A DNA stretch of 64,000 nt from Candidatus Latescibacterota bacterium (GTDB lineage: Bacteria > Krumholzibacteriota > Krumholzibacteriia > WVZY01 > JAKEHA01). The notes beneath the pieces are model-generated. The model was not told where the DNA came from and did no database searches. It was given only the letters and a program-made list of their open reading frames with translations. This document shows, in pieces, positions 42,567 to 51,487 of the stretch; position 1 is the first letter of the stretch, and each line of letters opens with the position of its first letter. The position numbers and the translations under genes are program-made. The stretch covers positions 1,568,001-1,632,000 of the forward strand of contig OY970173.1 of NCBI GenBank assembly GCA_963707635.1, read 5' to 3'.

Positions 42567-43793
42567 CTAGCGTTCGGCGAATACTTCGGTGGGAGAACTG
42601 GATCTATCTTCCCGCGGGAGACTCATGAACAACTCAACCGCCCTGGGATCGAGGTGCGTCCCGGACACCGAGCGAATATATTCCAGCGCTCTCTCTTCGT
42701 CCCAGCCCTGGCGGTAGGGGCGGTCCGAACGAATCGCATCCCAGACATCCACCACCGCGAACAGGCGCGCGGCCAGTGGAATCGCATCGCCCTTGAGACC
42801 ACGAGGATAGCCGGAGCCGTCCCACTTCTCATGGTGACAGTAGGGAATGTCCAGCGCGTCGTGCAGATACTCGATCCGTTTGAGCAGCTCGTAGGCGTAG
42901 GTGGGATGCTTGCGCATCAGGACCCACTCGTCGTCGGTCAGCGTGCCCGGCTTGAGCAGAATGTGGTCGGGGACACCCATCTTGCCGATGTCGTGGAGCA
43001 GCGCGCCGCGCTTCACGTGCAATAGTTCGGCCTCGCTCATGCCCGCCCGGCGCGCCAGTTTCACCGTCAGCTCCGTCACCCGCTTCGTGTGTCCCTCGGT
43101 TTCTTTATCCCGCAGATCCAGCGCGCGCGACCATCCCTCGATGGTCGTATCGTAGGCCAGCTGCAGGTCGAGGTGCGTGCGCTGCACGTTCATCTCCGCC
43201 TGCTTGCGCTCGGTTATATCGATGGAGACGACAAAAATCCCCTCCGGCACCGGTTGGACGCTCATCTCGTACCAGCCGACCGACCCGTCGGGAAGGGCGA
43301 ATTCGGTTTCCAAATGTCTCAACGCACGCTCTTCCATGCTGTGCCGGAGTGCCGCAAACACGTCCGTGCTCTCGATGCCCGGATAACATTCCATCATCGT
43401 GCGGCCGATCAATTCGGCCCGGGTCTTGTGCACCTGTTTCATGGCCGCGTCGTTGACGTACAGGTAGCGCCAGTCGAAGCCGATCAGCTGGCACCCCGCG
43501 AGCATCTTGTCGAGCGTGTTGATGTAGCGTTCCGTGGCCTTCTCCCGTTCCGTGAGACGCTGCTGGGCACGGATGTCCGATTCCCGGCCCAGGCGACGCA
43601 GGGCCGCTTCGGCACGATGCCGCTGGTCCACCGAACGAAAGATGGAATAGAGGCAGAGCAGCGACAGGCCGGTCAGGACACCCAGCTCCGGCGCCCCGTC
43701 AAAAGCGGCGTTTCGCACGCTCGCGACGAGCAAAGCCAGTGCGCCCATACAGAACGCAACAGTGGCGAGATTGCGGATGGCAAGGCGTTTCAC
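42567..43793 (-). CDS. Membrane PAS + HD-GYP c-di-GMP phosphodiesterase
   Basis: Two TMs, PAS ending DITERK, RDKETEGH..RV, HDIGK, HHEKWDGSGYP, RPY. Confidence 0.92.
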   Translation of the reverse strand: MKRLAIRNLATVAFCMGALALLVASVRNAAFDGAPELGVLTGLSLLCLYSIFRSVDQRHRAEAALRRLGRESDIRAQQRLTEREKATERYINTLDKMLAGCQLIGFDWRYLYVNDAAMKQVHKTRAELIGRTMMECYPGIESTDVFAALRHSMEERALRHLETEFALPDGSVGWYEMSVQPVPEGIFVVSIDITERKQAEMNVQRTHLDLQLAYDTTIEGWSRALDLRDKETEGHTKRVTELTVKLARRAGMSEAELLHVKRGALLHDIGKMGVPDHILLKPGTLTDDEWVLMRKHPTYAYELLKRIEYLHDALDIPYCHHEKWDGSGYPRGLKGDAIPLAARLFAVVDVWDAIRSDRPYRQGWDEERALEYIRSVSGTHLDPRAVELFMSLPREDRSSSPTEVFAER

Positions 43794-44061
43794 AAGAGGC
43801 TCCCCATTGACTCTTGAAACGAGGCCCTCGTGGCTTCGGTGCCGGCTGTGGATGACCCTTACGCCGGATCAATTCCCATGCCAGCAGCGAGGATAGGGGC
43901 GTGGGAGGGAGGCGGCCCGCACGGGAAGAAGCACTGGAAAGGTGTGCGTCGGCTATGGTATAACGTGGCGATCGCGGGGCCAGGCAGCGGCAGGGCCGAC
44001 TCGTCTGGACCGCAACGTTGTTCCTTCGACTTTCTGCCTCATTCTCAGACCGTCAATCGGA

Positions 44062-44137
44062 GCTGGTGTAGCTCAGCTGGTAGAGCAGCGCATTCGTAAT
44101 GCGCAGGTCCGCGGTTCGATTCCGCGCACCAGCTCCA
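44062..44137 (+). tRNA. tRNA-Thr(CGT)
   Basis: GCTGGTG/CACCAGC acceptor, GCGCA-TT-CGT-AA-TGCGC, GGTTCGATTCC, CCA. Confidence 0.96.
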
Positions 44138-44259
44138 TTCTCTTCAACGACTTCCGCGATTCTATCTCCCGGTCGCTATCCGGTGCTGAGGCCACTTCGG
44201 GGCCCCTTCCCACGTTGTAGTCACGGGCCGACATCGATCGACGGGTGTTTGCGTGCGCA

Positions 44260-44289
44260 TTGACACTGGCGCCCCGTCTCGGATACGAT
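44260..44289 (+). promoter_or_regulatory. sigma70-type promoter
   Basis: TTGACA-N18-TACGAT upstream of 44371. Confidence 0.5.
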
Positions 44290-44370
44290 CGTCTCACCTT
44301 CCAAAACGACTCGACCGAAGCCGCCGGACGCGTGTGGCCGCAAGGTATCTCCTAGGAGAGCGATCGCGGT

Positions 44371-46335
44371 ATGGCAAGGCCGACAGGTCAAATGTTGACA
44401 GCAGACCTCGGAGGTTCGCTTGTGCGGGCGGTTATCGCTATTGCCCTCGGTTTTCTGGTCATCGTGTTTGCAATCCCATGTCCGGCCTTGGTCCCCGCCC
44501 ACCTTTGGAGTCAGCGCTTCGGGGGGACGACCAGTGAAATCAGCTACGGCGTCGCGGTGGACGGGTCGGGGAATGTGTTGGTTACGGGGTATTTCGCTGG
44601 CACTGTGGACTTCGGAGGCGGAAACCTCGTAAGCGCGGGGGGCGCCGACATCTTCGTCGCGAAGTACGACGTGAGCGGCGCGCACCTCTGGAGCCAGCGC
44701 TTCGGGGGTACGGGGTTTGATTACGGCTACGCCGTGGCGGTGGACGGGTTGGGGGACGTGGTGGTTACGGGGATCTTCCAGGGCACTGTGGACTTCGGGG
44801 GCGGGAACCTCGGAAGTGCCGGTGGCAACGACATCTTCGTGGCCAAGTACGATGCGAGCGGCGCGCACCTCTGGAGCCACCGCTTCGGGAGTACGAGCAG
44901 CGATCAAGGCAACGCCGTCGCGGTGGACGGGTCGGGGAATGTGGTGGTGGCGGGATACTTCTTTGGCACCGTGAACTTCGGTGGCGGAAACCTCGTGAGC
45001 GCGGGAATCTACGATATCTTCGTGGCTAAGTACGATGCCGGCGGCGCGCACCTCTGGAGCCGGCGCTTCGGGGGGACGAGTGATGATTACGGCTACGGCG
45101 TTGCCGTGGACGGGTCGGGGAACGTGGTGGTAACGGGGTATTTCGCGGGCACTGTGGACTTCGGAGGCGGAAACCTCGTAAGCGCGGGGGGTGCCGACAT
45201 CTTCGTCGCGAAGTACGATGTGAGCGGCGCACACCTCTGGAGCCACCACTTCGGAGGTACGGGCTTTGATTATGGCTACGCCGTGGCGGTGGACGGGTCG
45301 GGGAACGTGGTGGTGACGGGATACTTCGTTGGCACCGCAAACTTCGGGGGTGGGAACCTCGGAAGCGCAGGGAGTTGGGACATCTTCGTTGCGAAATACA
45401 ACGCGAGCGGGGCGCACCAGTGGAGCCAGCGCTTTGGAGGGACGGGCGTTGACTATGGCGACGCAGTTGCGTTGGACGGGTCGGGGAATGTGGTAGTGAC
45501 GGGGTACTTCGCTGGCACCGTGAACTTCGGCGGCGGAGACCTCATGAGCGCGGGGAGCTACGACATCTTCGTCGCGAAGTACGACGCGAGTGGCGCGCAC
45601 CTTTGGAGCCAGCGTTTCGGCAGCATGAGCACTGATTACGGTTTCGGCATAGCGATGGACGGGGTGGGGAACGTGGTGGTCACGGGGACCTTCGAGGGCG
45701 CCGTGGACTTCGGCGGCGGGAACCTCGTAAGCGTGGGGGCGCAGGACATCTTCCTTGCAAAGTACGGCGAAGAAACCGTTCCGGTTCTCATCAGCCGTTT
45801 TGATGCAACCGCTCGTCCGGGTGGCGTCGACCTGACGTGGGAGTTGTCGAGCGACGAGGCGCTGGAGGGCTTTGCGCTTTATCGCGGCCAGGGACAGGCG
45901 CCGTCTGTCGTGATTGCCACCGGTGATGCCCAGACGACGCACTCGTACATGGACACATCGGTCGAGGCGGGGAAAACGTACCAGTACGAGCTCATGATCC
46001 GTACGTTGAACGGAGATGAGTTCCGCTCTCCAGTGGCGACGGTGACGATGCCGCGCGCGGTAATCACACTCGCGCAGAACTTCCCCAATCCATTCAACCC
46101 GCAGACGACGATCGAGTACACGGTGAGCAGTCTCGCGTCGGTCTCGATCGATATATTTGACGCGTCGGGTGCGCTGGTGAGACGTCTCGACCAGGGAGTT
46201 CGTGAGGCCGGGAGCTACAGTGCCGAATGGGACGGGCGCGACGCGGCCAACCGGTCCGTGGGCAGCGGCGTCTATTTCTACCGGCTCGCGGGCGTGAAGA
46301 GCGCAGAGACACGCAAGATGGTGCTGGTGAAGTAG
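44371..46335 (+). CDS. Secreted 7-repeat (SBBP-like) beta-propeller protein with C-terminal FlgD-Ig/T9SS-A-like tail
   Basis: Seven 61-aa repeats HLWSQRFGG..AVDGSGNVVVTG.F.GTVDFGGG..SAG..DIFVAKYD; tail QNFPNPFNP...WDGRD...SGVYFYRL...RKMVLVK. Confidence 0.88.
   Translation: MARPTGQMLTADLGGSLVRAVIAIALGFLVIVFAIPCPALVPAHLWSQRFGGTTSEISYGVAVDGSGNVLVTGYFAGTVDFGGGNLVSAGGADIFVAKYDVSGAHLWSQRFGGTGFDYGYAVAVDGLGDVVVTGIFQGTVDFGGGNLGSAGGNDIFVAKYDASGAHLWSHRFGSTSSDQGNAVAVDGSGNVVVAGYFFGTVNFGGGNLVSAGIYDIFVAKYDAGGAHLWSRRFGGTSDDYGYGVAVDGSGNVVVTGYFAGTVDFGGGNLVSAGGADIFVAKYDVSGAHLWSHHFGGTGFDYGYAVAVDGSGNVVVTGYFVGTANFGGGNLGSAGSWDIFVAKYNASGAHQWSQRFGGTGVDYGDAVALDGSGNVVVTGYFAGTVNFGGGDLMSAGSYDIFVAKYDASGAHLWSQRFGSMSTDYGFGIAMDGVGNVVVTGTFEGAVDFGGGNLVSVGAQDIFLAKYGEETVPVLISRFDATARPGGVDLTWELSSDEALEGFALYRGQGQAPSVVIATGDAQTTHSYMDTSVEAGKTYQYELMIRTLNGDEFRSPVATVTMPRAVITLAQNFPNPFNPQTTIEYTVSSLASVSIDIFDASGALVRRLDQGVREAGSYSAEWDGRDAANRSVGSGVYFYRLAGVKSAETRKMVLVK
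44500..45770 (+). repeat. Seven tandem 183-bp coding repeats
   Basis: Units begin at 44500, 44683, 44866, 45049, 45232, 45415 and 45598. Confidence 0.9.
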
Positions 46336-46357
46336 ACCGCGTCTCTTTTTTCTTCTT

Positions 46358-46402
46358 GAAGACCCGGTTGTCGAGTCGAGAGCGGCGACCGGGTTTTCGT
46401 TT
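46358..46402 (+). terminator. Intrinsic terminator
   Basis: GAAGACCCGGTTGTCG...CGGCGACCGGGTTTTC stem with G-U pairs and T-rich tail. Confidence 0.65.
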
Positions 46403-46471
46403 GTGGGTGGAGCCAAGGCCACTTCTGTGGTACGGCTGTTGCGACTGCCTTAGGTTAGCGTGAAGCTGACT

Positions 46472-46518
46472 TTCGTAATGCGCAGGTCCGCGGTTCGATT
46501 CCGCGCACCAGCTCCATT
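46472..46518 (+). repeat. att-like direct repeat of the tRNA-Thr 3' half (47 bp)
   Basis: Identical to 44093-44139; begins exactly at the anticodon loop TTCGTAA. Confidence 0.92.
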
Positions 46519-46686
46519 TTCATCCAACCTGCGTTGAGTCTGGGTAGCCGTCGCCGTCTCTTGCGTCTGTTGACGAACGCAACCGCCGAAGACAAGCACG
46601 TATGGTATAGTTAATAACTTATCGTCGGGGAGGGCCATACGGCCCGGCAGTTCTCGGGCGCGGGCGGAACGCCGAACGACGCCGCG

Positions 46687-46767
46687 GTCGCGGCGTCTGG
46701 TGTGTACTTCGCGCGCATTGAACACGCAAGCGGCACGCGTTCCAAGAAGATGGTGCTGCTCAAATGA
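46687..46767 (+). pseudogene. Orphan 3' fragment of a C-terminal-tail gene
   Basis: Reads VAASGVYFARIEHASGTRSKKMVLLK* with no upstream gene body. Confidence 0.8.
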
Positions 46768-46774
46768 GGTTCTT

Positions 46775-49102
46775 ATGAACGTCCTCTCGCGGTCTATTCG
46801 AATCATCGGGATGTTTGCTTTTATCACCAGCATGGTCTGGGCGACCGAGGGGGCGGCGGCCAAGAACGCTTACCTGTGGAGCAAACGCGCTGGCGACACC
46901 ATCGGCGATCACGCGCGCGCGGTCGCAGTCGACGCCACGGGAAACGTCTACATTACCGGCCAAATGCGGGGTACGCTGGATTTTGGCGGCGGTCCTCAGG
47001 TTGGCGCCGGCTATACCGATGTATTCTTGGTCAAATACAACTCCAGTGGCCTCTATCAGTGGAGCCAGGTATTTGGAAATACGAGCTTCGACCTTGGCTA
47101 CGGGCTCGCGACGGATGGTTTCGCAAATATCTACCTCGTGGGGGCGTTCACGTCCTTCATCGGCTTTGGGGGCGTGATAATCTCCAGTTCCGGCGACACC
47201 GACGCATTCATCGCGAAATTCAATTCGGCCGGCGTCGTGCAGTGGGCCAAGAAACTTGGCGGCGTCGACACGGAATACGCCCTTGGCGTGGCGGTGGACA
47301 ACTCGGGAAACGCGGTCATGACCGGTTTTTTTGGCCCCGGATCGGTGACGGAGCCCGGGCTACCCACGATCACAAGCACAGGGGAAAGTGACATTTTCCT
47401 CATCAAATACGACGCAAACGGTGTGGCTCTTTGGTTGAAAGGTTATGGCGGTGTAGCGTTCGACGGCGCCGAAGAAGTCGCCCTCGACTCGGCCAGCAAT
47501 ATCATTATTACCGGGGTCTTCAACGACACCATGTCCAACATGGGGGGCGCCAGTCTCTCACATTTGGGGAATGGAGATATTTTTCTCGCCAAATTCAACG
47601 CGGCAGCTGTCCATCAATGGAGTCAGCGTTTTGGCGGTGCAAACTTCGACCATGGCTACGACGTCGCGACCGATATCGCGGGGGACGTATTCCTGGGCGG
47701 TTACTTCAGTGACAACGTGAGCTTCGGCGGAAGCGTACTCGCCAGCGCGGGGGCCACGGATGCGGTGCTGGCCCAATACAACTCGGCCGGCGTGCACCAA
47801 TGGAGCAAGCGCTTCGGCGGTACGCTCACCGATATGACCTACTCTGTGGCCGCGGATGCGTCGGGCAATTGCGTGATCAGCGGGTTTTTCAACAATAGCG
47901 CGAGTTTTGGCGGGAGTACGCTGACGAGCGCGGGAAGCTCCGACGTCTTCGTCGCCAAATTCGCGCCGTTCGGCTTGCCGACGTGGAGTGCGCGGTACGG
48001 CGGCGTCGGGACCGACTATGCGTGGGGAGTGGCCCTGGGCCCAACTGGCAGCGCGCACCTGGCTGGCGGATTCTCGGGTCTCGCAAGCTTCGGTGGCGCC
48101 GTTCTCAGCGGGGGCCTCGAGGATATCTTTCTCGCAAAGTACGGGGCGAAGATCGCCGAACCGGTCATCTCGTCGATCAAGGACATCGGCAACGATCAGG
48201 GCCGAAAGGTGAAGATTGTCTTCACGGGTTCGGGACAGGACGACGCGGAGTCGTCGGTGCCGGTTATTCGTTACGAAGCCTATCGTCGCACGATAGCGGC
48301 GCCCAGTGCCCTTGTGGCGCGTGATCCAGCCGCGCTCTCGCCCCGGGGCCTGCTGATTCCGGAATGGACTGAAGTCGGTACCGTGAATGCGCACGGCGAG
48401 AGCGAATACAGCATGGACGCGCCGACGATCGGGGATTCGACCATCGCGCTGGGCCAATATCGATCGACGTTCTTCATTCGCGGCGCCACGGCCGAACCCA
48501 CACCGTTCTTCGATTCCCTGACCGACAGCGGATATTCGCTGGACAACCTTGCGCCCGGGGCGCCGTCGAACTTCGCATACTCGGTCGGGCAACTCTCCTG
48601 GAATGAGTCGACCGATGCCGACTTCGACTACTTCACCGTCTACGGGTCGAATCTTGATGCGTTCGGTTCGGCGAACGTGGTGGACTACACCGTCGCGACT
48701 GACATGGACGTGAACGCCTCGCCGTATGTGTTCTACTTTGTCACGGCAACCGATTTCTCCGGGAACGAGAGTAAGCCCGCGAAGATCAACACGCTCTCGG
48801 GCACAGGTGGGGCGCCGAGGAGCTACGTACTCTCCGTCTCGAACTTCCCGAATCCCTTCAACCCATCGACCACGGTAAGTTACACGGTTCCATCACGCGG
48901 GAAGGTGACTGTGGCAATCTACGACGCACGCGGGGCGCGGGTGACCAGACTTGTTGACAACGAGGAACGCGACGCGGGTGCCTACCGCATGGACTGGAAC
49001 GGTCACGCGGACAGTGGTATCGGGGTCTCGTCGGGGGTGTACTTCGCGCGAATCGAGCAGAATGGCGCCGTGCGGACGAAGAAACTCGTGCTTTTGAAGT
49101 GA
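46775..49102 (+). CDS. Secreted SBBP-like beta-propeller + NDQG/DNLAP linker domains + FlgD-Ig-like tail
   Basis: Signal peptide; seven diverged WS..FGG..D.F.AK repeats; DIGNDQG, SLDNLAP; NFPNPFNP...SGVYFARI...KKLVLLK. Confidence 0.85.
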   Translation: MNVLSRSIRIIGMFAFITSMVWATEGAAAKNAYLWSKRAGDTIGDHARAVAVDATGNVYITGQMRGTLDFGGGPQVGAGYTDVFLVKYNSSGLYQWSQVFGNTSFDLGYGLATDGFANIYLVGAFTSFIGFGGVIISSSGDTDAFIAKFNSAGVVQWAKKLGGVDTEYALGVAVDNSGNAVMTGFFGPGSVTEPGLPTITSTGESDIFLIKYDANGVALWLKGYGGVAFDGAEEVALDSASNIIITGVFNDTMSNMGGASLSHLGNGDIFLAKFNAAAVHQWSQRFGGANFDHGYDVATDIAGDVFLGGYFSDNVSFGGSVLASAGATDAVLAQYNSAGVHQWSKRFGGTLTDMTYSVAADASGNCVISGFFNNSASFGGSTLTSAGSSDVFVAKFAPFGLPTWSARYGGVGTDYAWGVALGPTGSAHLAGGFSGLASFGGAVLSGGLEDIFLAKYGAKIAEPVISSIKDIGNDQGRKVKIVFTGSGQDDAESSVPVIRYEAYRRTIAAPSALVARDPAALSPRGLLIPEWTEVGTVNAHGESEYSMDAPTIGDSTIALGQYRSTFFIRGATAEPTPFFDSLTDSGYSLDNLAPGAPSNFAYSVGQLSWNESTDADFDYFTVYGSNLDAFGSANVVDYTVATDMDVNASPYVFYFVTATDFSGNESKPAKINTLSGTGGAPRSYVLSVSNFPNPFNPSTTVSYTVPSRGKVTVAIYDARGARVTRLVDNEERDAGAYRMDWNGHADSGIGVSSGVYFARIEQNGAVRTKKLVLLK

Positions 49103-49182
49103 TATGGAAGTAGGCTAGCGTCGAGTAATACGTTTCTTGAAGGTGCATTGGTCGCAGTTTCCGTCACATCTCGGAGGCGCCG

Positions 49183-50860
49183 ATGGGCAACCGAGCCGCT
49201 CTCACAACGTTCGTTTCCCTGCTGATCTCCATCCCCCTCGCCGCTCGTGGCGACTGGCCGGCAGACGGTTTGCCGATCTGCGACGTCATTCCTGCCCAGT
49301 ACCAGCCCGTCTCGGTATCCGACGGCGCCGGTGGTGCCATCATCGCCTGGGGTGATTATCGCAACGGTAGTGGAAATTCCGACGTTTACGCCCAGCGCGT
49401 CGACGGAGCGGGTAACGTGCTATGGGTCGACGACGGAGTCGTCGTGTGCGACGCGGCCGGCCAGCAGAGCTCATTCACGATTCTCTCGGACGATGCGGGT
49501 GGCGCGATCATCGCCTGGGTCGACAACGGAAACTACAACGTCTATGGGCAGCGGATCGACGCTGTGGGCGTGGTTCAGTGGACGCCGAACGGCGTGGTTG
49601 TCTCGACCGCGGCGGGCCAAAAAAACGCGTTGACGATGACGTCCGACGGTTCGAGCGGCGCGATCCTCGCGTGGGAGGACAACCGCAACTCGGGGACCAC
49701 AAACACCGATATTTTCGCCGCGCGCCTGACCGCGACGGGGGCCGTACTCGACCCGGCGGGAATCGCAATTTCCGTCGCCTCCGGCCTGCAAACGGAGCCT
49801 TCGATCGCGCCATTCCAAAGCGGCGGCGCGATCGTCGTTTGGACCGACCGTCGATCTGGACTTCCGCACATTTATGCGGCGCGAGTGTCCGCACTGGGCA
49901 CCGTGGCGGATCCGACGGGCATCGTCATCAGCAATGTCTTCGTCCATGACGGCCCAGTGGCCGTCAGTGACGGAATCGGCGCGCTCATCGCCTGGCGCGA
50001 CGCCCGAACGCCCAGTGGAGTCTATGCCCAACGGCTCGACGCGGACGGGCTCTCGCAGTGGACCGACGACGGCGTGCAGGTGAGCGGTACAATGAACCCC
50101 TCCGTTCCGATTCGAATGAGGGGCGACGGCGCCGGTGGCGCCATCATCGTGTGGGTGGCTTACAGCGGCCCCGACCTCGATATCTACACGCAGCGCATCA
50201 ACTCGTCGGGTGTGCGGCAGTGGACTCCGGACGACGTCGTGGTTTGCAGCGCGGCCAACGAGCAAGCGAGATCGTGACCGCCTCCGACAACGGGGGTAGC
50301 GTCGTGATCGGCTGGAGAGACCACCGCGACGGGATGCAAGACGATATCTACGCGCAGCGCGTGGATGCGTCCGGGATGACACAATGGACGCCGGACGGCG
50401 TCTTGGTGTGTGGGGCCATGAACGATCAACTGGAGCTCGCTCTCGTTTCGGACGGCAGCGGCGGGGGGTTATTTGCATGGAAAGACCACCGGCTGCATCC
50501 GAACGGCACCCTGGCCGACATCTACGCACGCCGCGTCCTTTGGAACGGACAGCTGCCCACGAGTGTGGGGGACGCCCCAGCGCGGCAATCACCGTCCTTC
50601 CTGCCTACCCGAACCCGTTTGCGTCATCGACCGACTTGACTCTGTGGTTGCGCGAGCCGGCGGACGTGGCGATCGACGTGTACGACGTCGCTGGGCGGCG
50701 CGTGCGCGCGATGTTGCTCGACGACGTCCCGAAGGGCTGGCGGCGGGTTGCGATCGACGCCCGAGACGATTCGGGCCGTCCCCTGTCGAGCGGTGTATAT
50801 TTCGCGCGGGTGGAGTCGCTGGGGACGACCGCCACGCGGAAGTTGGTACTCCTAAAATGA
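49183..50860 (+). CDS. Secreted DGAGGAI-repeat beta-propeller + FlgD-Ig-like tail, two apparent -1 frameshifts (~50265, ~50578)
   Basis: SDGAGGAIIAW..D.R....D.YAQR repeats run across three frames, ending AYPNPF...SGVYFARV...RKLVLLK. Adding one A and one C in short homopolymers restores a single ORF. Confidence 0.78.
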
Positions 50861-51022
50861 TATGGAAGCGGCTGGTGTCGACCTCCGTTTCTGAGTAAGC
50901 GGTCGAGAGGAGAACGGTTCACCGACGATCATCTGCCAGCTGGCCCTGGCGACGGCGCTTGAGGATATTCGGCGGGGTTCCGGCATGTCGTACATCTAGC
51001 TAACTCACCAGGGAGGACCGTT

Positions 51023-51487
51023 ATGGCGCGGCTCGTTGCCATATCGTTACTGATGATCCTTGTTGCGGGCATGTCATCCGCGAGCGAGGATCGGATCCTG
51101 TATCTCACGGTGAAGTACGCCGGCGGGGCCCTATCCCTCGACGACGCCCGCGTTGTCGTCGGAACGATCAAGCAGCCGCGGCAGCCCCGGCTGACGCCGG
51201 GGAGTCTCCACTTCACAGTCGCTGCCGCGGACGGTGAGGTGCTTTTTGCGGGTACGATCCCTGACCCAACGATCTTGCATGTGGAGTACGAGGACGACCA
51301 GGGCCGACTGCAAAAACTGACGGCGCGGCAGGACCCGGCGATCTTCGCCATCCGTATCCCCTATGACCACCGCTCCCACTCGGTGACGATCCGCCGGATC
51401 GACTCGACGATATTGGACGTCAAGCGGGTTAGCGAGGAGTCCAGGTTCCTCGGCACGCTCGTGATCGAGGAGGTGAGGAATCGATGA
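51023..51487 (+). CDS. Small secreted hypothetical protein
   Basis: GGAGG RBS, signal peptide, ATGA overlap with the M64 gene. Confidence 0.7.
   Translation: MARLVAISLLMILVAGMSSASEDRILYLTVKYAGGALSLDDARVVVGTIKQPRQPRLTPGSLHFTVAAADGEVLFAGTIPDPTILHVEYEDDQGRLQKLTARQDPAIFAIRIPYDHRSHSVTIRRIDSTILDVKRVSEESRFLGTLVIEEVRNR

Noticed and set aside
44500..45770. CRISPR array
   Set aside because: The units are 183-bp in-frame coding repeats without unique spacers; no cas genes.
46472..46518. Second tRNA-Thr gene
   Set aside because: Only the 3' half is present; the acceptor 5' strand and D-arm are missing.
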